The notes below the pieces were generated by a model. It was not told the origin of the DNA, searched no databases, and saw only the letters and a list, made by a program, of their open reading frames with translations. A stretch of DNA of 64,000 nucleotides from Ramazzottius varieornatus (Eukaryota; Animalia; Tardigrada): contig BDGG01000002.1 of assembly GCA_001949185.1 (NCBI GenBank), positions 2,973,826 through 3,037,825 on the forward strand, in the 5' to 3' direction. Positions 1 to 11,968 of this stretch are shown here, in pieces; positions within the stretch are counted from its first letter, which is position 1; each line of letters begins with the position of its first letter. The translations under genes and the position numbers were made by a program.

Positions 1-311
1 GTGGAAAGCTGTGCGTGTTGACGGCCAGCTGTTACAGCGATCTAATGGAGACAGCGCAGGACATCGTGGAGGAAAGGAAAAAGGCGGGTATGGCATGGCC
101 TGGACTGTGGACGAAAGACCTTTATCAAGGACCATTCGCACACCATTTGCCCGATTTCATGCACTGTCTGGACCCGGATGTACTGGAAAGAGAAGCCAGG
201 GCCGCTGGATTCACGGTCGACAAATCTGGGTATTTTGATTTCGGATCAGTGTTTGAAGCACTGAAGGTAGATGGTCGAGAATGGGCGGGTTTGCTGGCAA
301 CCAAACCTTGA
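1..311 (+). CDS. C-terminal part of a class I SAM-dependent methyltransferase (5' end outside the window)
   Basis: The frame reads GKLCVLTASCY...EERKKAGMAWPG...LDPDVLEREARAAGFTV...DGREWAGLLATKP*. This fits the (PG)GKL beta-5 strand and the 'l....aGF.v' plus terminal beta-strand pattern of class I MTases. Confidence 0.6.
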   Translation, partial: GKLCVLTASCYSDLMETAQDIVEERKKAGMAWPGLWTKDLYQGPFAHHLPDFMHCLDPDVLEREARAAGFTVDKSGYFDFGSVFEALKVDGREWAGLLATKP

Positions 312-2366
312 ATTAAGCCGCTGCAATGCTCGAGATTTCTCCGAAAAAAATTTGCGCATTTCCGGAAAATACCAATCATAATATCCCATATGGCTCTATA
401 GAACTTAGCCTGTGTTCACCGTACACTGTGTGGTACACTTTAATCGTTAACAAATCCCAGACTTCTGATAGGTGTTTTCTTTCCCGTCATCGAACGACCC
501 GTAGTCACTCACAGTACGGTGGTAATCCTAAGAAAGAATTTCCTTTGCGACAAGTGCGAAGGTCAGCATGAGCGTGAATGTCTGAAAAGAAGATACCGCA
601 CCTATTAACGGTTCTGCGAGATTTCCTCTCAGTTGTGGTGTATTTCATCTGGTTTCCACTTAAGAAGCTGCTCCAAAGATTGCCATAAGGGTCCGGTTAA
701 TTCTCAACCAGTCACTTCGTACTTCCTCGTAAACTGCCGAAAGCCGGTCCATGGCATGCGAGCAATCTCGTATCGAAGTATTGGCATAAGTGACAGTCGT
801 GAGTCTCTCGCAAGTTTTTCAGCGAGTGGCACACAAAAAAGCTGGACACAGCGAGCAAGAGGCGTCAGCGGTTCCATTAGGGTCGCTTTAAAGTTCTTAT
901 TCGTAACAAAGTGGGCCATTTGGTGAACTTAGTGTCTACAGGAAAAGTAATATCTACAGGAAAAGTCCACAGCACGCCAGCAGGTAAAATAAACCACTGT
1001 ACGACAGGATGAACTTTCCGACATTCACGCGGACTGACGCCTTGAGAGGGCAGGTCGCTGACGTTTTGGGCGTAAAGAATCGAAAGAACATCAGAAAGCG
1101 GTACTGTGGCAAACATCTCGTTCGGTTGACCGTTTCCGCTTTGTCGGCCACAAACGAAGTAAGAGGCCATCACAGACATCTAATCGACAATTAGACTATG
1201 TAAGGTTCGCCAAATGAAGGCTTACAGATAAAACTGTTGCTATCGTAGCTTGCAAAATGCAGAAAGCCGTCGATCCTTTTAGTTTATGATGAGTCCCAAA
1301 GGGGAGGATTTCACAAAGATTCTAAAGCTGACTTCGCAGATTACACCCTGTAGGCGGATGTTTCCGCTGTCTCGTAATTGGATAATTGCGATAGGGGCAG
1401 ACTAAAGTGCAAAAGAGATAGGACGGTGAGAAGTGCGAACTGGGCCTCGTGTAGTGTACTATTTGACAGGGTCCGCAACATCAAATAGATGGTAAAATAA
1501 CGCTTTAAGTACTTTCGAGGATAACCTATTCCCAGGCAAATAGCAAGTACACAAACAACATAATACAGAAAACCTCCTCGACGACAGGCCGAGATGGTAC
1601 CTGCTCAAAATATCGTTTGACTACAATGCCGACCATAAATATCGCGTGACCAAAATGTTAACTGACTTCGACATTGATCAGAATGTGGTTAACTGGTGTA
1701 TATATCGTTTGCTCGCATTCCCGATGGTGCAGAATACCGATTAGTCATTGGGTCATATCCATAACTTGCGATGCGTTTTGGTGGCCGTGACGCTTTTGAA
1801 CAATGTTATTTGACACCGAAGTTCATTTTCAAAGATTCCCAAAGGTGTTAGTAAGAGCCGTTGGGTGTTTTGATGTATTTCACGAAGCGATATACTGTAT
1901 CGGCTAATATCATGGAGAGTGCTCCGCACACCGCCGAAAACCACGATTGTCTCTGCACACCACCATTCACCACTGTAGTCTCTTAATACCACCATTTCCC
2001 CACCGTTTGTGTGTACGTACCACCTTTCGTTCACCACCGTTCGTTATTTAGAAGTGGAAGAAGTTGTGGTAGAACAATGACGTATTCCATTAAGAAGCCG
2101 AATCTCGAACCTACGCCTTTGAAGTAGCTCTTGCCGACTGCCAGAAGAGGACGATCACAACGTTCAAAGTGAAGAAAAGTGGGACATTGAAGGACACCGG
2201 TTCGTTCCGCGACACCTTGCGCCATAGGTTCGTCGTGTTTCGTTGTAGCAATAATACGGAGGACGCGACTCGAGGTGAGTTCTGAAACTAAAGACCACTG
2301 CATGGTTCTGATCCGTACGTTTAGCAGGCGAAGGAAAGCATTTCGTTGTGAAAGAAGTACAGGAGG

Positions 2367-2373
2367 NNNNNNN
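2367..2373. other. assembly gap (7 N)
   Basis: Run of n in the sequence. Confidence 0.99.
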
Positions 2374-3182
2374 AGCCTATGACGTAGAGAATTACAGTGT
2401 TGTCTATCTTACATAAAAAGCGTTTCTGTTAACGTAATGCATACTTGATACATGTCACGCCGTCTGAGACTACTGGATCACACATTTCCTCACTGGGTCA
2501 CAGATGCTTACTCCTCCTGTACGCTCTCTTCAGTTGCTCTGTCAGTCAATAGTTTTCCCAAACGAGTCCGTGTAGCACCGGTCGAGATATGAAGTACAAA
2601 GCAAAACAACAAGGGGCCATCTAAAATAAAGGAGTGCGTGGCTGGGTGGGAAACTCAAATTACACAGCAGCAGAACAACGCCAATGTGGAAAGAAGTTGA
2701 TGAGCTAACGAGCTAACAACTTCCGGTTCCCGTAACGTGGTAAAATTCAACCATAGATAATTGTCAAGGACAGTAGCATCATAGTGCGTGCTATGGCCCC
2801 GGAGGGACTAGTGTCACAGCGGGCGCCGTTCCAGGTACACATTTTCTGGTGGAGAATATGACGTCATGACCTAGTGAGCTTCATTTTGGATAGCTAAACG
2901 TTCCGAATGTTCGCCTCGTTCTGTTGATTGATGCCCAGCTGACTGCACAGCCCGTTTTGTATTTGACAACTTGGTCTACCAATTCGACGGTCCAACGTCG
3001 TCGCTCCACAATCGACTGCGAACATCGATGACGTAAGTACGGAATTTATTTTGTTGCGAAAATATGGCCAATTTTCACTTGCTAGTGGTCCAACCACTGA
3101 TTTTCTTCGGAATCTTGTGAATCGTTTCGATACCCTTCGCGACCCTATGTGCTTCAATGCTCCAGGTATAGTAGACTGTGTG

Positions 3183-3383
3183 ATGGTGCCGACTAATAAC
3201 TTGAAGCGTCAGATCGAGATGCTGTGGAACTACGAGCCTATCAGCGAGTTGGAGGTATAAGCACTGTGCGCCACGGTTCGGAGGAAGGGAATGTACAGAC
3301 GATCGACTCACATGTTACCATTTACGGAGACATACACGGAAAATCATACGGACCTCAAAGAGCCACCCGAAATGGGTGGATAG
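3183..3383 (+). pseudogene. PPP4C-ps: decayed 5' fragment of a PPP-family Ser/Thr phosphatase, closest to the PP4 catalytic subunit
   Basis: MVPTNNLKRQIEMLWNYEPISELEV*ALCATVR / EEGNVQTIDSHVTIYGDIHGKSY / DLKEPPEMGG* parallels PP4c [66 protein letters not shown]. The GDIHG motif is present; there is one internal stop and two frameshifts. Confidence 0.8.
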
Positions 3384-4427
3384 TCTGGACCGTAACCGAG
3401 TAACTGCGCGGAGTACCACGTGACTAGCAGTAAACAGGCGCAAGATCACGTGACTTTATGCGCCGCTCATACTTAACCGTTAACTTCTGGGCGTTTGCAA
3501 CTGAAGAAACCTACCACGATCAACAGGCCAGCAATCTGATCAACACCGTCTGTTGGTTTATGTGTGAAGAACGTCCCAGAAAGTCCCTGACAGCTTGTCG
3601 AGCAGCAAAGGGAACGCAGAAAGCCTGCAAAAGTCACAGAGGATCTTGCGTCGGTGTAGTTGCCGGCGGTTTGCTTGCCTGGCTTGTCAGCCTCTTGACG
3701 CGGCAATTCTCGAACAAGATTAGACAGTCGTGAATCACCTCAAATAATAGACTGAAGAGATAAGAGAACAGGCACCAGCAGTACATCAGTTCAAGAGAGG
3801 GAGAGAGAGAAAGCAATTCAGTACGAAGGATCACCATCCGATAATGAAGATTAAATATTATGAGTCACGAAGTTACGATATCGCTCTTGTACCGGCGCAG
3901 TGCATTGCACCATGGCAAGTGCATCTGGTGCACAACCTCACGCACATGAATACAAATCTGAATGGCGTGCTGTGTTATGTACAAAAGCCGAGCGCATTCC
4001 ATCACGCACCTACAAAAACTGCACAGTGTGCAGTGCCGAACAGAGGTTCTTGGATGATTTTGGCCTGTCCTTGGACACTACAACCCGTGTATCTTGTCTC
4101 CACCAAATATTCAACACGCTGTGACACTTGTCTCAGCGCGGCAGCGAACGAGTAGCGAAGCAGCCAGCTGTTCTGACGCACTCTGGTAGCATCAGCTGAT
4201 CAGCTGTTTTACTTGAACGCTGCTGACACTGCTGTCGACTTTCTCCCGGAGAAGCCTTGGACTAGCTTGAACTGTTGAAGGTGGCGTGTTCCGGTAAAAT
4301 GGAGATCTCACTGCTATAATAAATATGACAAGATTTAGCTCTTCGGGCCAATATCCAACAGTGACTGCTGTACGCCAGTTCCAGCGGGTCAACAAAGCTT
4401 TCTAACAGGTCCACGATAACACTCTCA

Positions 4428-4568
4428 CTGTAACACTTTATGAACTTTGGGAAGCTCGTGATCATACGCGTACAGTTGAACCCCGGCCCGAAAATTTTGC
4501 CCTACCAACGCCCAAGGGATGTTTCGCGCGTATCATGACGGGCTTCACGAGTTCATGAAGCATTACAG
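4428..4568. mobile_element. MITE family A, copy 1 (CTG...CAG termini, about 140 bp)
   Basis: Imperfect TIRs ctgtaacactttatgaact / agttcatgaagcattacag. The core ccgaaaattttgccct...aagggatgtttcgcg is shared with 15158-15298. Confidence 0.75.
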
Positions 4569-4602
4569 CATAGTAACACACTTTCACGAATGATTGAGAT
4601 AT

Positions 4603-6131
4603 TCATTTGCCCAGGATGTCTCTCCCAACCAGCGCAAAGGTGATTGCGAGGGTGAATGTCTGCAAGAAGCCGGTCTTTAAACCCAACCGCTCACCCAGAA
4701 GCATTGTCGAATGTACACGATGAAGAAAAGGACATACCGCTAGCACCGACGATCTGGTAACATAGAAGATCTCCGCAACCTGGAAGCAAAACGAAGAATC
4801 GGCAATTCGTTCCTGCCAGCTACAGACGCTCATCTTCAGACTCTTTCCCTGTAAAAGAAAGAGTTCAACCAGTAAGAAACTGTGTCGACGGCATTTCGTC
4901 CGTAATTTTGTTTCGACACATACTTCTGGAGTTTTTAGCAGTGGAAGCAGGCGCAGCTTGTAGTTTGACAATGCACCACGCAGCTTCAAATTCTGAAACA
5001 GAGGACCCTCTCAAACCGTAATTTCTACATTAACATCTTTGACTGGCCACCTAAAACACTTTTGTTGAATGAGCCTACTTCCTCGTAGACCATCACCAGC
5101 GGAAATGTCGACATCAGTACATGCAGCGCTGCGGAGATGACTGCCCAAAAGTGCAACGCGCTGGTTACCATCACCCACAAATGATCACGCATTTTTGGAT
5201 CAATAATTGACTCCCCCTGAATTCTACCAACCAAGAACACTACTTCTCCCAGCATCGTCATCACATCCAAACTAAAAGCTGCTCCGAAAGTAAACATGAA
5301 GTACTTATTGATTTTCAACCAGTCAGTTCGCGCTTGTTCGTACGATGATGACAGTCGATCTATGCTATTTGCATATTCCTCAACAAATTTTCTGTCGTGC
5401 TGCTCTCTCGTAAGCTTGAAGCATTGGTCTCTAAAACCTTTGAGGTCCTTGCGGGTTACCAACGCACACACAATAGCTAGGACAATAACTTGATCGCTCA
5501 GAAAGAAAGGACACACTCCAAATAATGCTTCCAAAGTAAGGTTCACCCGTGGGAACAGATTCACCGAAGAGCCGAAAGTTTCATTGTAGCGACCGCCAGG
5601 AGGTCGCAGCGTGTCAAGAACTGTCCAGGCCACATACTCTGTGGCGGAAAGAAGAGCGGAAATAACGAAAGCGGAAACTGATAGTCGCTCGATGTGATTG
5701 AGGAGATCCTGCTTCGCTGCACACACACTCAACATACGTTGCAGTAAGCAGGAAATCTTGGGACCCTTGCTATAAAATAATAGTAGAACTAACGGCCCGC
5801 GCATCTCACGCGTTATGCTAGGTAACACAGCAATCACTTCGAATAGGGACGTTGAAGGTTTCAGACATTGTTCTGAGATGAAAACTATTATATGAAATAC
5901 GTAATTCGTCCAGCAAGCAAGCAAGTAGGCCAGGCCAACCGACCATATGGCAAGTTGACCTATCCTTTTCGACCAGCTTGATCTACTGTTTGTGCACTCG
6001 CAGAAAGTGTTAGATATAAAGAATCGGAAGCAGGCCAAAAGGTAACATTGCGGGAGAATTAAACGTCGTCGGGTACCGGCCTTGTCGTCGAATTCCAGAC
6101 GACGAACAACGCCACGCAAAACAGACGACAT
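4603..6131 (-). CDS. gustatory-receptor-like (GRL/7TMIC) multi-pass protein, paralogue 1; 4 exons
   Basis: Long hydrophobic first exon (6131 to about 5079) then three short phase-0 exons ending IFYVTRSSVLA|TFTLAITFALVGRDILGK*. Clustered 3' introns and a TM7 'T-F-hydrophobic' tail are typical of GRs. Clear paralogue of 8810-10310. Confidence 0.75.
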
Positions 6132-6568
6132 CGGCCTGGCTTGTTCGCCCCAAGTGCGATGAGACGTTACCAGTTTCAGTCTGATCAAAAAAGCACCTTT
6201 TCGACCTAAGGTAGAAAAAATAAAGTACTGCATGGAATACCGTGATACTTGTGTGCAAGCAGAAAAATCTTCTCTGCAACATGGTTAGCAGAGAACTATT
6301 TTATTCCAACTATACACTTTTATTATGGCCCGATGGTCTGTCCGCTAAGCGTATTTGTTCTATAATATCGACAGAAGTCTCAAAGCACCACCAAACCATT
6401 AAACAGTTCCTTAGAGGGTTACGGTGATAGAGCATGAGATCTAACGTTCGATGTTGCATTTTCATGACTCATTGGAAAGTTCACTTATGGTGTCATAGGA
6501 CTGCTGCGGTCACGGTGATGCGTGATTGTTTCATAGATTGGTTATCTTTGTGAAGTGGTTATGGAAGT

Positions 6569-6680
6569 GCTTCGATAAACAAACGTTTAAACAAACAGAC
6601 AGCATTTCAAAATGTTTCAAACATACTTGAAACATTTTTAAATGCAGTCCTTTGGCTTAAACGTTCGTCTATCGAATTGC
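6569..6680. repeat. about 110-bp imperfect palindrome (MITE-like)
   Basis: cgataaacaaacgtttaa...gcatttcaaaatgtttcaa-acatac-ttgaaacatttttaaatgc...ttaaacgttcgtctatcg. Confidence 0.7.
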
Positions 6681-6844
6681 TCTGCTGGAAGTGCACTTCC
6701 CTATTGCAGGGGGATGGCACCCCATATGACTGGTTCTAGTCACTCCGTAATATCTCGGTTTTTCGGCAGTGCTGCAGCTTAAACACACAGCGAATGAGGT
6801 CAGAACCAATGAGACAAAAGTTCGAACCAAATAGACCAGTTTGT

Positions 6845-6884
6845 TCAACCGAAGCTTGGTCTAATCCACTCTATGGACACCTCT
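6845..6884. repeat. 40-bp sequence identical (inverted) to 11454-11493; probable DNA-transposon terminus
   Basis: tcaaccgaagcttggtctaatccactctatggacacctct is the exact reverse complement of 11454-11493. Confidence 0.75.
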
Positions 6885-8809
6885 GAAGTCACTCGAGGGT
6901 TGAAAGGAGGAAAATGAGTTTGAGCTCTCGATCCAACAGTTGTAAAACTTTTGTCGCTTGGGATCTTTAATCGTTTTCGCGTCTTGTGCGCAATACATCA
7001 CATCAAACTTCTCACACTGCCCGTAACTGTGACTGACGTTAGCTGCAGCAAGCGAAGATGGTCAAGAGATCACCTGGTACTTCGTGGCTACTTGTCCAAC
7101 TTTTTAAAATTATATTTTAATACCATTATAATACCGTTTCCAACCGGGTTTTAGATTTGCGATTAAGCTGGAAAAATTCCGTACGAGTGAAATTGCCAGG
7201 ATGCTCTGGCGCGGTATACGCTACTCAGAAGCTTCGGTACTGTGCTATTCCAACGTTGTGCAAGCATGCCTTGCTTGGTCGGTGGCCACAAGGCACGCAA
7301 TGCTGAGAGGAGAAGGAAGCAGGGAGATCTGCCAGAATCTATCTTCCCGCTGAGAGGAGGCACACCAAGAGAGCAGGCCTCCTGTGTGAGTAGGAAGACT
7401 GGGCAGAAGAGGCCTCTCTTTCACATACGGTCAATAGGAGCGGAGCAGCCGCTGGTCAAATTTTGACGGTTCTCCGATTCCACCACTCGCTGTGGGTCCT
7501 GAGAGAATTACCTTTAAATTCGGCTGACACAGTTTCGTACGAAATTGAATGCTCTATCTGCTGCCTGCAGGTTGCTTTCTGTTTCGCGAGCTCGTAAAGG
7601 TCGAAACGGGGCGCGAAAGTCTAAACCCGACAAACTTCCCCGTAGACTCTGTGATAAATCCTGCTCACTAAGATCCTTTGCGACAAAAATTTAAGAGATT
7701 TTTATGAAGTGTGAGATCGATACCTCAACAATACCGGCTTCTACGTTGTTTCCCGAAGGGACACTACAATTTGGCCGAGGTGATGAGCCTGGGAAGGCGA
7801 CTCTTTGCATGGGCGCTGACAATGGCAACCATGTGATGGATCACGCGCTCTAACAAGGCTCGGCCGATATTCTTGTTCCAGATCCAACTATACATTTACA
7901 AAAACAAAGCTTTTTTAATTTTTGTAGTGCAGCATCTTGCGCGAACGGGTTTCTATAGTTGGGAGCATCAATCAAACTGAGAGCATGAAGTGCTTAACTA
8001 GAAAGATATACATGTATGTATACTTGGGCACTTCATCTTTGGGATTGCCGCTTGGCGTTCATGACAGGCCCATGACAAACAGACTCTATTCTCCAAATCT
8101 TTAAGACTTGTGCGGGTACCCAACCGCGTTCACTTTTACCCAGCTGCGTCCCATCTTTCACTTCGTGTCGACCATCGTTCTTACACCCGACAGTTTGTAC
8201 ATGTAACCTAACAAAAAGCCGGAAAAACGGCGGTGCAACATCAGGCAAAGTTTCACCAAGAGACTACCGCATACTTACTGATTACTTCCATCATCTACCA
8301 GCTGCAATATGTTTACCTGAGTGACATATTGAACGAACCAGGATGCTCTCAATTATACTGTACCAACACGTTCCCGCATATAATGCAGTACGTACAGCGA
8401 AACAAACAAACCGGTGAGATAGAGAATAGCAACTTACTGTCTCTGACAACGAGAACAGTTTCCCAACTACTGATACAGACACACGGTTAGAAAAGATACC
8501 TGTTGGAGATTATACATTATGTACTGACCGAGAATTAAAACAAATAGCGCTGGCAGCTGATGACTGCATCATCCAGTCCCATCACGGTACTCCAGTATCC
8601 GCTTTTGCTGTCACAAGACACGTTTTTAGCAAACCTGCAGCTAAAACGTTTCCGGAATAGTATTAGCATGGATTACTGTAAATGCCAGAGAGATGCAGCG
8701 AGGCTTTCAAATCGCAGTCACAGCAGCTCTTCCTTCCCTGTTGCAGATATCATAGACTGCTCCATCCGGCAGTTGAAACATAACATCTCGCATAGTGATC
8801 ACTTCGAAT

Positions 8810-10310
8810 ATGGCAGCCACGAGTCGAACTGCGGGTGACGAAGTTCCGTACAAAGCAAGGATGGTTTTGCCTCAGTACTATTTTCTGGTATGGTTTCGGT
8901 TCTTTTCACCCAGTTCATTTGGCGCAAAACCCTCAAAGTGCGTACGATTTGTTGTTTCGACACTTGGCCTGTTTTACGTATTCGCCAGCTGGGGGTACTA
9001 CGTATACCAACTGTCGGCTTTCATTGTGGCGCAAAGTGCGAAGCCATCAATCGAGTTATTCGACATCCTTGGTGCCCTACCGGACCTCACGCGTGCGACG
9101 CGTGGACCTCTGGTTGTTACCATATTTTACTTCAAAGCGCCAAAGATTTCCCAGCTTCTGAAGTTTCTGATGGAGTCCGGAGATCAGGCTAGCAAACGTC
9201 TACTGAGACGAATTGGTTGGCTCGCTGTCCCAATATCACCGACTCTCTTAATTCTAGCTTCAGTGCCTTGGCAAGCCATGCGAGCCCATCGAATTTATAC
9301 TGACCATTTGCGCAGTAACGCTTCTAATACCTCCGATACACATGAGCTAATTGATAGATTCTGGGTGGTCACATGTCTGGAACATGCTTTCGACGGCTAC
9401 TCGTTCTTTCTCAGCGATCAAATCCTTATCCTTCTAGCCTTCTGTAGCGTTATTACACGAGCAAACCTCGTCAGCATCGACCGCGAACTGCATCTTCGAG
9501 AAGTATTGACTGATGTCTCACGTACAGTTCTTTCGGAAAAGTACACCTTTCTTGCGGATCGGTTGATGACAGCTTACGAAAAAGTTCGGATTTGCTGGTC
9601 ACGAGTGCACAGTCACTTCATGCTTCTATTCGGAGCGGCATTTGGTCTGGATGTTATTACCATGTTAGGATATGTAGTCTATCTGGTTGGTTTGTTAGAG
9701 AATGGCCACGTTTTCAATCGGTATCCCCAAAACTCGTGGCGTGCAGCTGTGGAAATTGGAACTAGCGTTTGGACCGTGATCTTTGCTGCATTACATCTGC
9801 TGGCGTCAGCGGTCCCATTAGTGATGGTTTATGAACAGGTAAAAGAACGTAATGCATAAACAGAAGAGAACTCCGGAGCAAATGGTGACCCTGATGGCTT
9901 ATACTGTAGAACTCTGATTTACGGAATCAGCTACTGAACTTCCAGATGGAACTACTGCCAACACTAAGGACGTCTAAAGTATCGAAAAATAAACAGGGAA
10001 CGGTAGTTGTATCCAGACTAATAATATTGACCGACGTTTCTCATTTTTTTACGTAGGCGAGGAGTTTAAAAACAAGCCTGAGGAGTCTGGAGAAACGGAT
10101 GGATGGGTCAGACTTCTGCTTTCATGTCGTCGAGATATATTACGTTACTCGATCGTCACTATTCACAGTATGGGCTCGAAGATCTAGATGATGTCCGTTA
10201 ATGATGATTGTTGTGACCATGTGGTAGCCATTGTAATGGTTTCTCCTTTGCAGACATTCACTCTCATAGTGACCTTTGCACTGGTTGGAAGGGATATTTT
10301 GAAAAAATAA
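8810..10310 (+). CDS. gustatory-receptor-like (GRL/7TMIC) multi-pass protein, paralogue 2; 4 exons
   Basis: Exons about 8810-9838, 9910-9978, 10057-10167, 10254-10310, ending IYYVTRSSLFT|TFTLIVTFALVGRDILKK*. Shares LPQxY, RGPLV, FFLSDQ, FGAAFxLDV and PLVMVYE motifs and intron positions with paralogue 1. Confidence 0.75.
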
Positions 10311-10789
10311 GCTAATGGAAACTGCATGGCCTCATCACGGGTGTCAGAAATGAGCTTGTGAGTGGATGGGGGAAATGGATCTGTACTCGATGGTGTTCCC
10401 TAACAGATTGACAGCCATGTCCTTTTTAAAGCTTTTCTGTAGAATTAAGGAGAATTCTCACAAATATAAATAAAAAGCATGAAATATGAAAGTCTTGAGA
10501 AGTTCTTTAGAGACGCTTCAAGAACACGTGCTTTCCAAGTGCTAGAACGGCCATGCGCACGGTACATATCCAAATTTTCTGGTAAAAAAGATCTGATAAC
10601 TCATAATGGATTTCCGCAACAGAGTCAACGTCGTATCACCCCGTGTTCATCAGTCAACGCCCATAAACATCGAAGGCTTAGCGGTCAGCGATCGGGATAA
10701 TCGAAGCAAAGACCTTCATAGGGTACTCTTACTGTAAGTCTGGAGCGATTTTGGTGGACGTCACAAATGACGAAGCTTTCGGCAATCCA

Positions 10790-11053
10790 AGTTCCATACA
10801 CGCACGAAGGGATAGTTTGGCAAAGGCGGAAAAGACGGCAAATTGGAAATTCGACCGTAGAAAATTTTCAAAAATTGCATTGGTGTGAATTGCACATGGA
10901 AGGACGAATTTCCGTTCCGCTGTTTCGGAATCGCCTGTTCCAAACGTTTTACTGTTCCAAACTTTCCCTTCTTGTGGGTATTGTAAAACGATGTACCGGT
11001 TGGCTCCCGCGGCAGAAACTTTCATTCGCAATCCCCGTACGCGCACCTGACTC
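10790..11053 (+). mobile_element. MITE family C, old copy
   Basis: Core ggcggaaaagacggcaaattggaaattcgaccgtagaaaa is shared with 25840-26190, 42785-42992 and 55333-55505. Confidence 0.65.
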
Positions 11054-11212
11054 GAATATGGACATGGACAAATACTATCGACAGCGGAGCGAAAGCGTTA
11101 TCCCACCGACTGATTTACTTGACTGGACACCTTTAGTTGCCCGTGCCGCATTCGCTCCCCTGCCCACAGTTTTGTCTATGCCCACGTTTAGACCAGGCGC
11201 GTGCACTTCTTT

Positions 11213-11968
11213 GAATTCGCTCGGCCTCCCCAGTGGTCACAGCCACTCGCTAGTGACTTATTATTGTACCACCTCTAATGCTGGGCAAGCTGAATAGCGA
11301 GGAAGAAAGACTCAAGGAGCATACCACAGTAGTATACTCATCGCGAAACCAGTGGCAGAAAACCACCGGATGAGGCTGGCAACAACACCAGTAAACTTAG
11401 GTACATTCCCAATTCCCTAAGAACCTTAAAAGAAAAATAGAGGAAACGAGAAGAGAGGTGTCCATAGAGTGGATTAGACCAAGCTTCGGTTGACGGTTGA
11501 CACTACACTTTGCGTCGGCTTTTGTCCACCGCCAGCTCAATGGCTTTAAGTGGATCGCCGACTTCCTGTCGCCTCCTCGTCGATCGTGGTGTGATGTGCC
11601 ACATGAAACTGGAAGGCACGCTGGCTTTGGTGGACCTCCACTGGCGTTATAGATTGGCTGGTGTTTACGTTCGTCTTCTTTATGGCTTTCCGCGACGGTA
11701 AGTTGGCTAGGACTACGTACAGTATATAACTCGAAACCTTTAGAGCGTAAGGTACAGCTCTGAGGATCGGAATGTTCGCCGTCGTTCTTTTTTGCTGCGA
11801 CAAGATTCTTGACCAGCAAATGCGCGCTTCCTGGTGCGTCATCGTCAAAGAAAGAAACCATGAGGCGGCGTCGCCCTCAGGTCACGTGCTGTATTATCCA
11901 CACGATGCAGCTCACAATCAATATTGACTAGCTAGTGGTCCTGACCACTGGGCAGGCCGAGCGAATGC
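11213..11968. mobile_element. about 750-bp non-autonomous element bounded by about 45-bp imperfect inverted repeats
   Basis: attcgctcggcctccccagtggtcacagccactcgctagt (11215) versus reverse-complement attcgctcggcctgcccagtggtcaggaccactagctagt (11966 to 11927). No TSD identified. Confidence 0.55.

Noticed and set aside
6845-11493. Identical 40-bp inverted pair read as TIRs of one element carrying GR paralogue 2
   Set aside because: The likely terminal motif (AGAGGTGTCC) orientation implies the two ends face outward, so they are separate elements. No TSD encloses the interval.
10767-11861. 176-aa and 154-aa ORFs
   Set aside because: They lie in MITE family C and a TIR-bounded repeat, and have no protein-like features.
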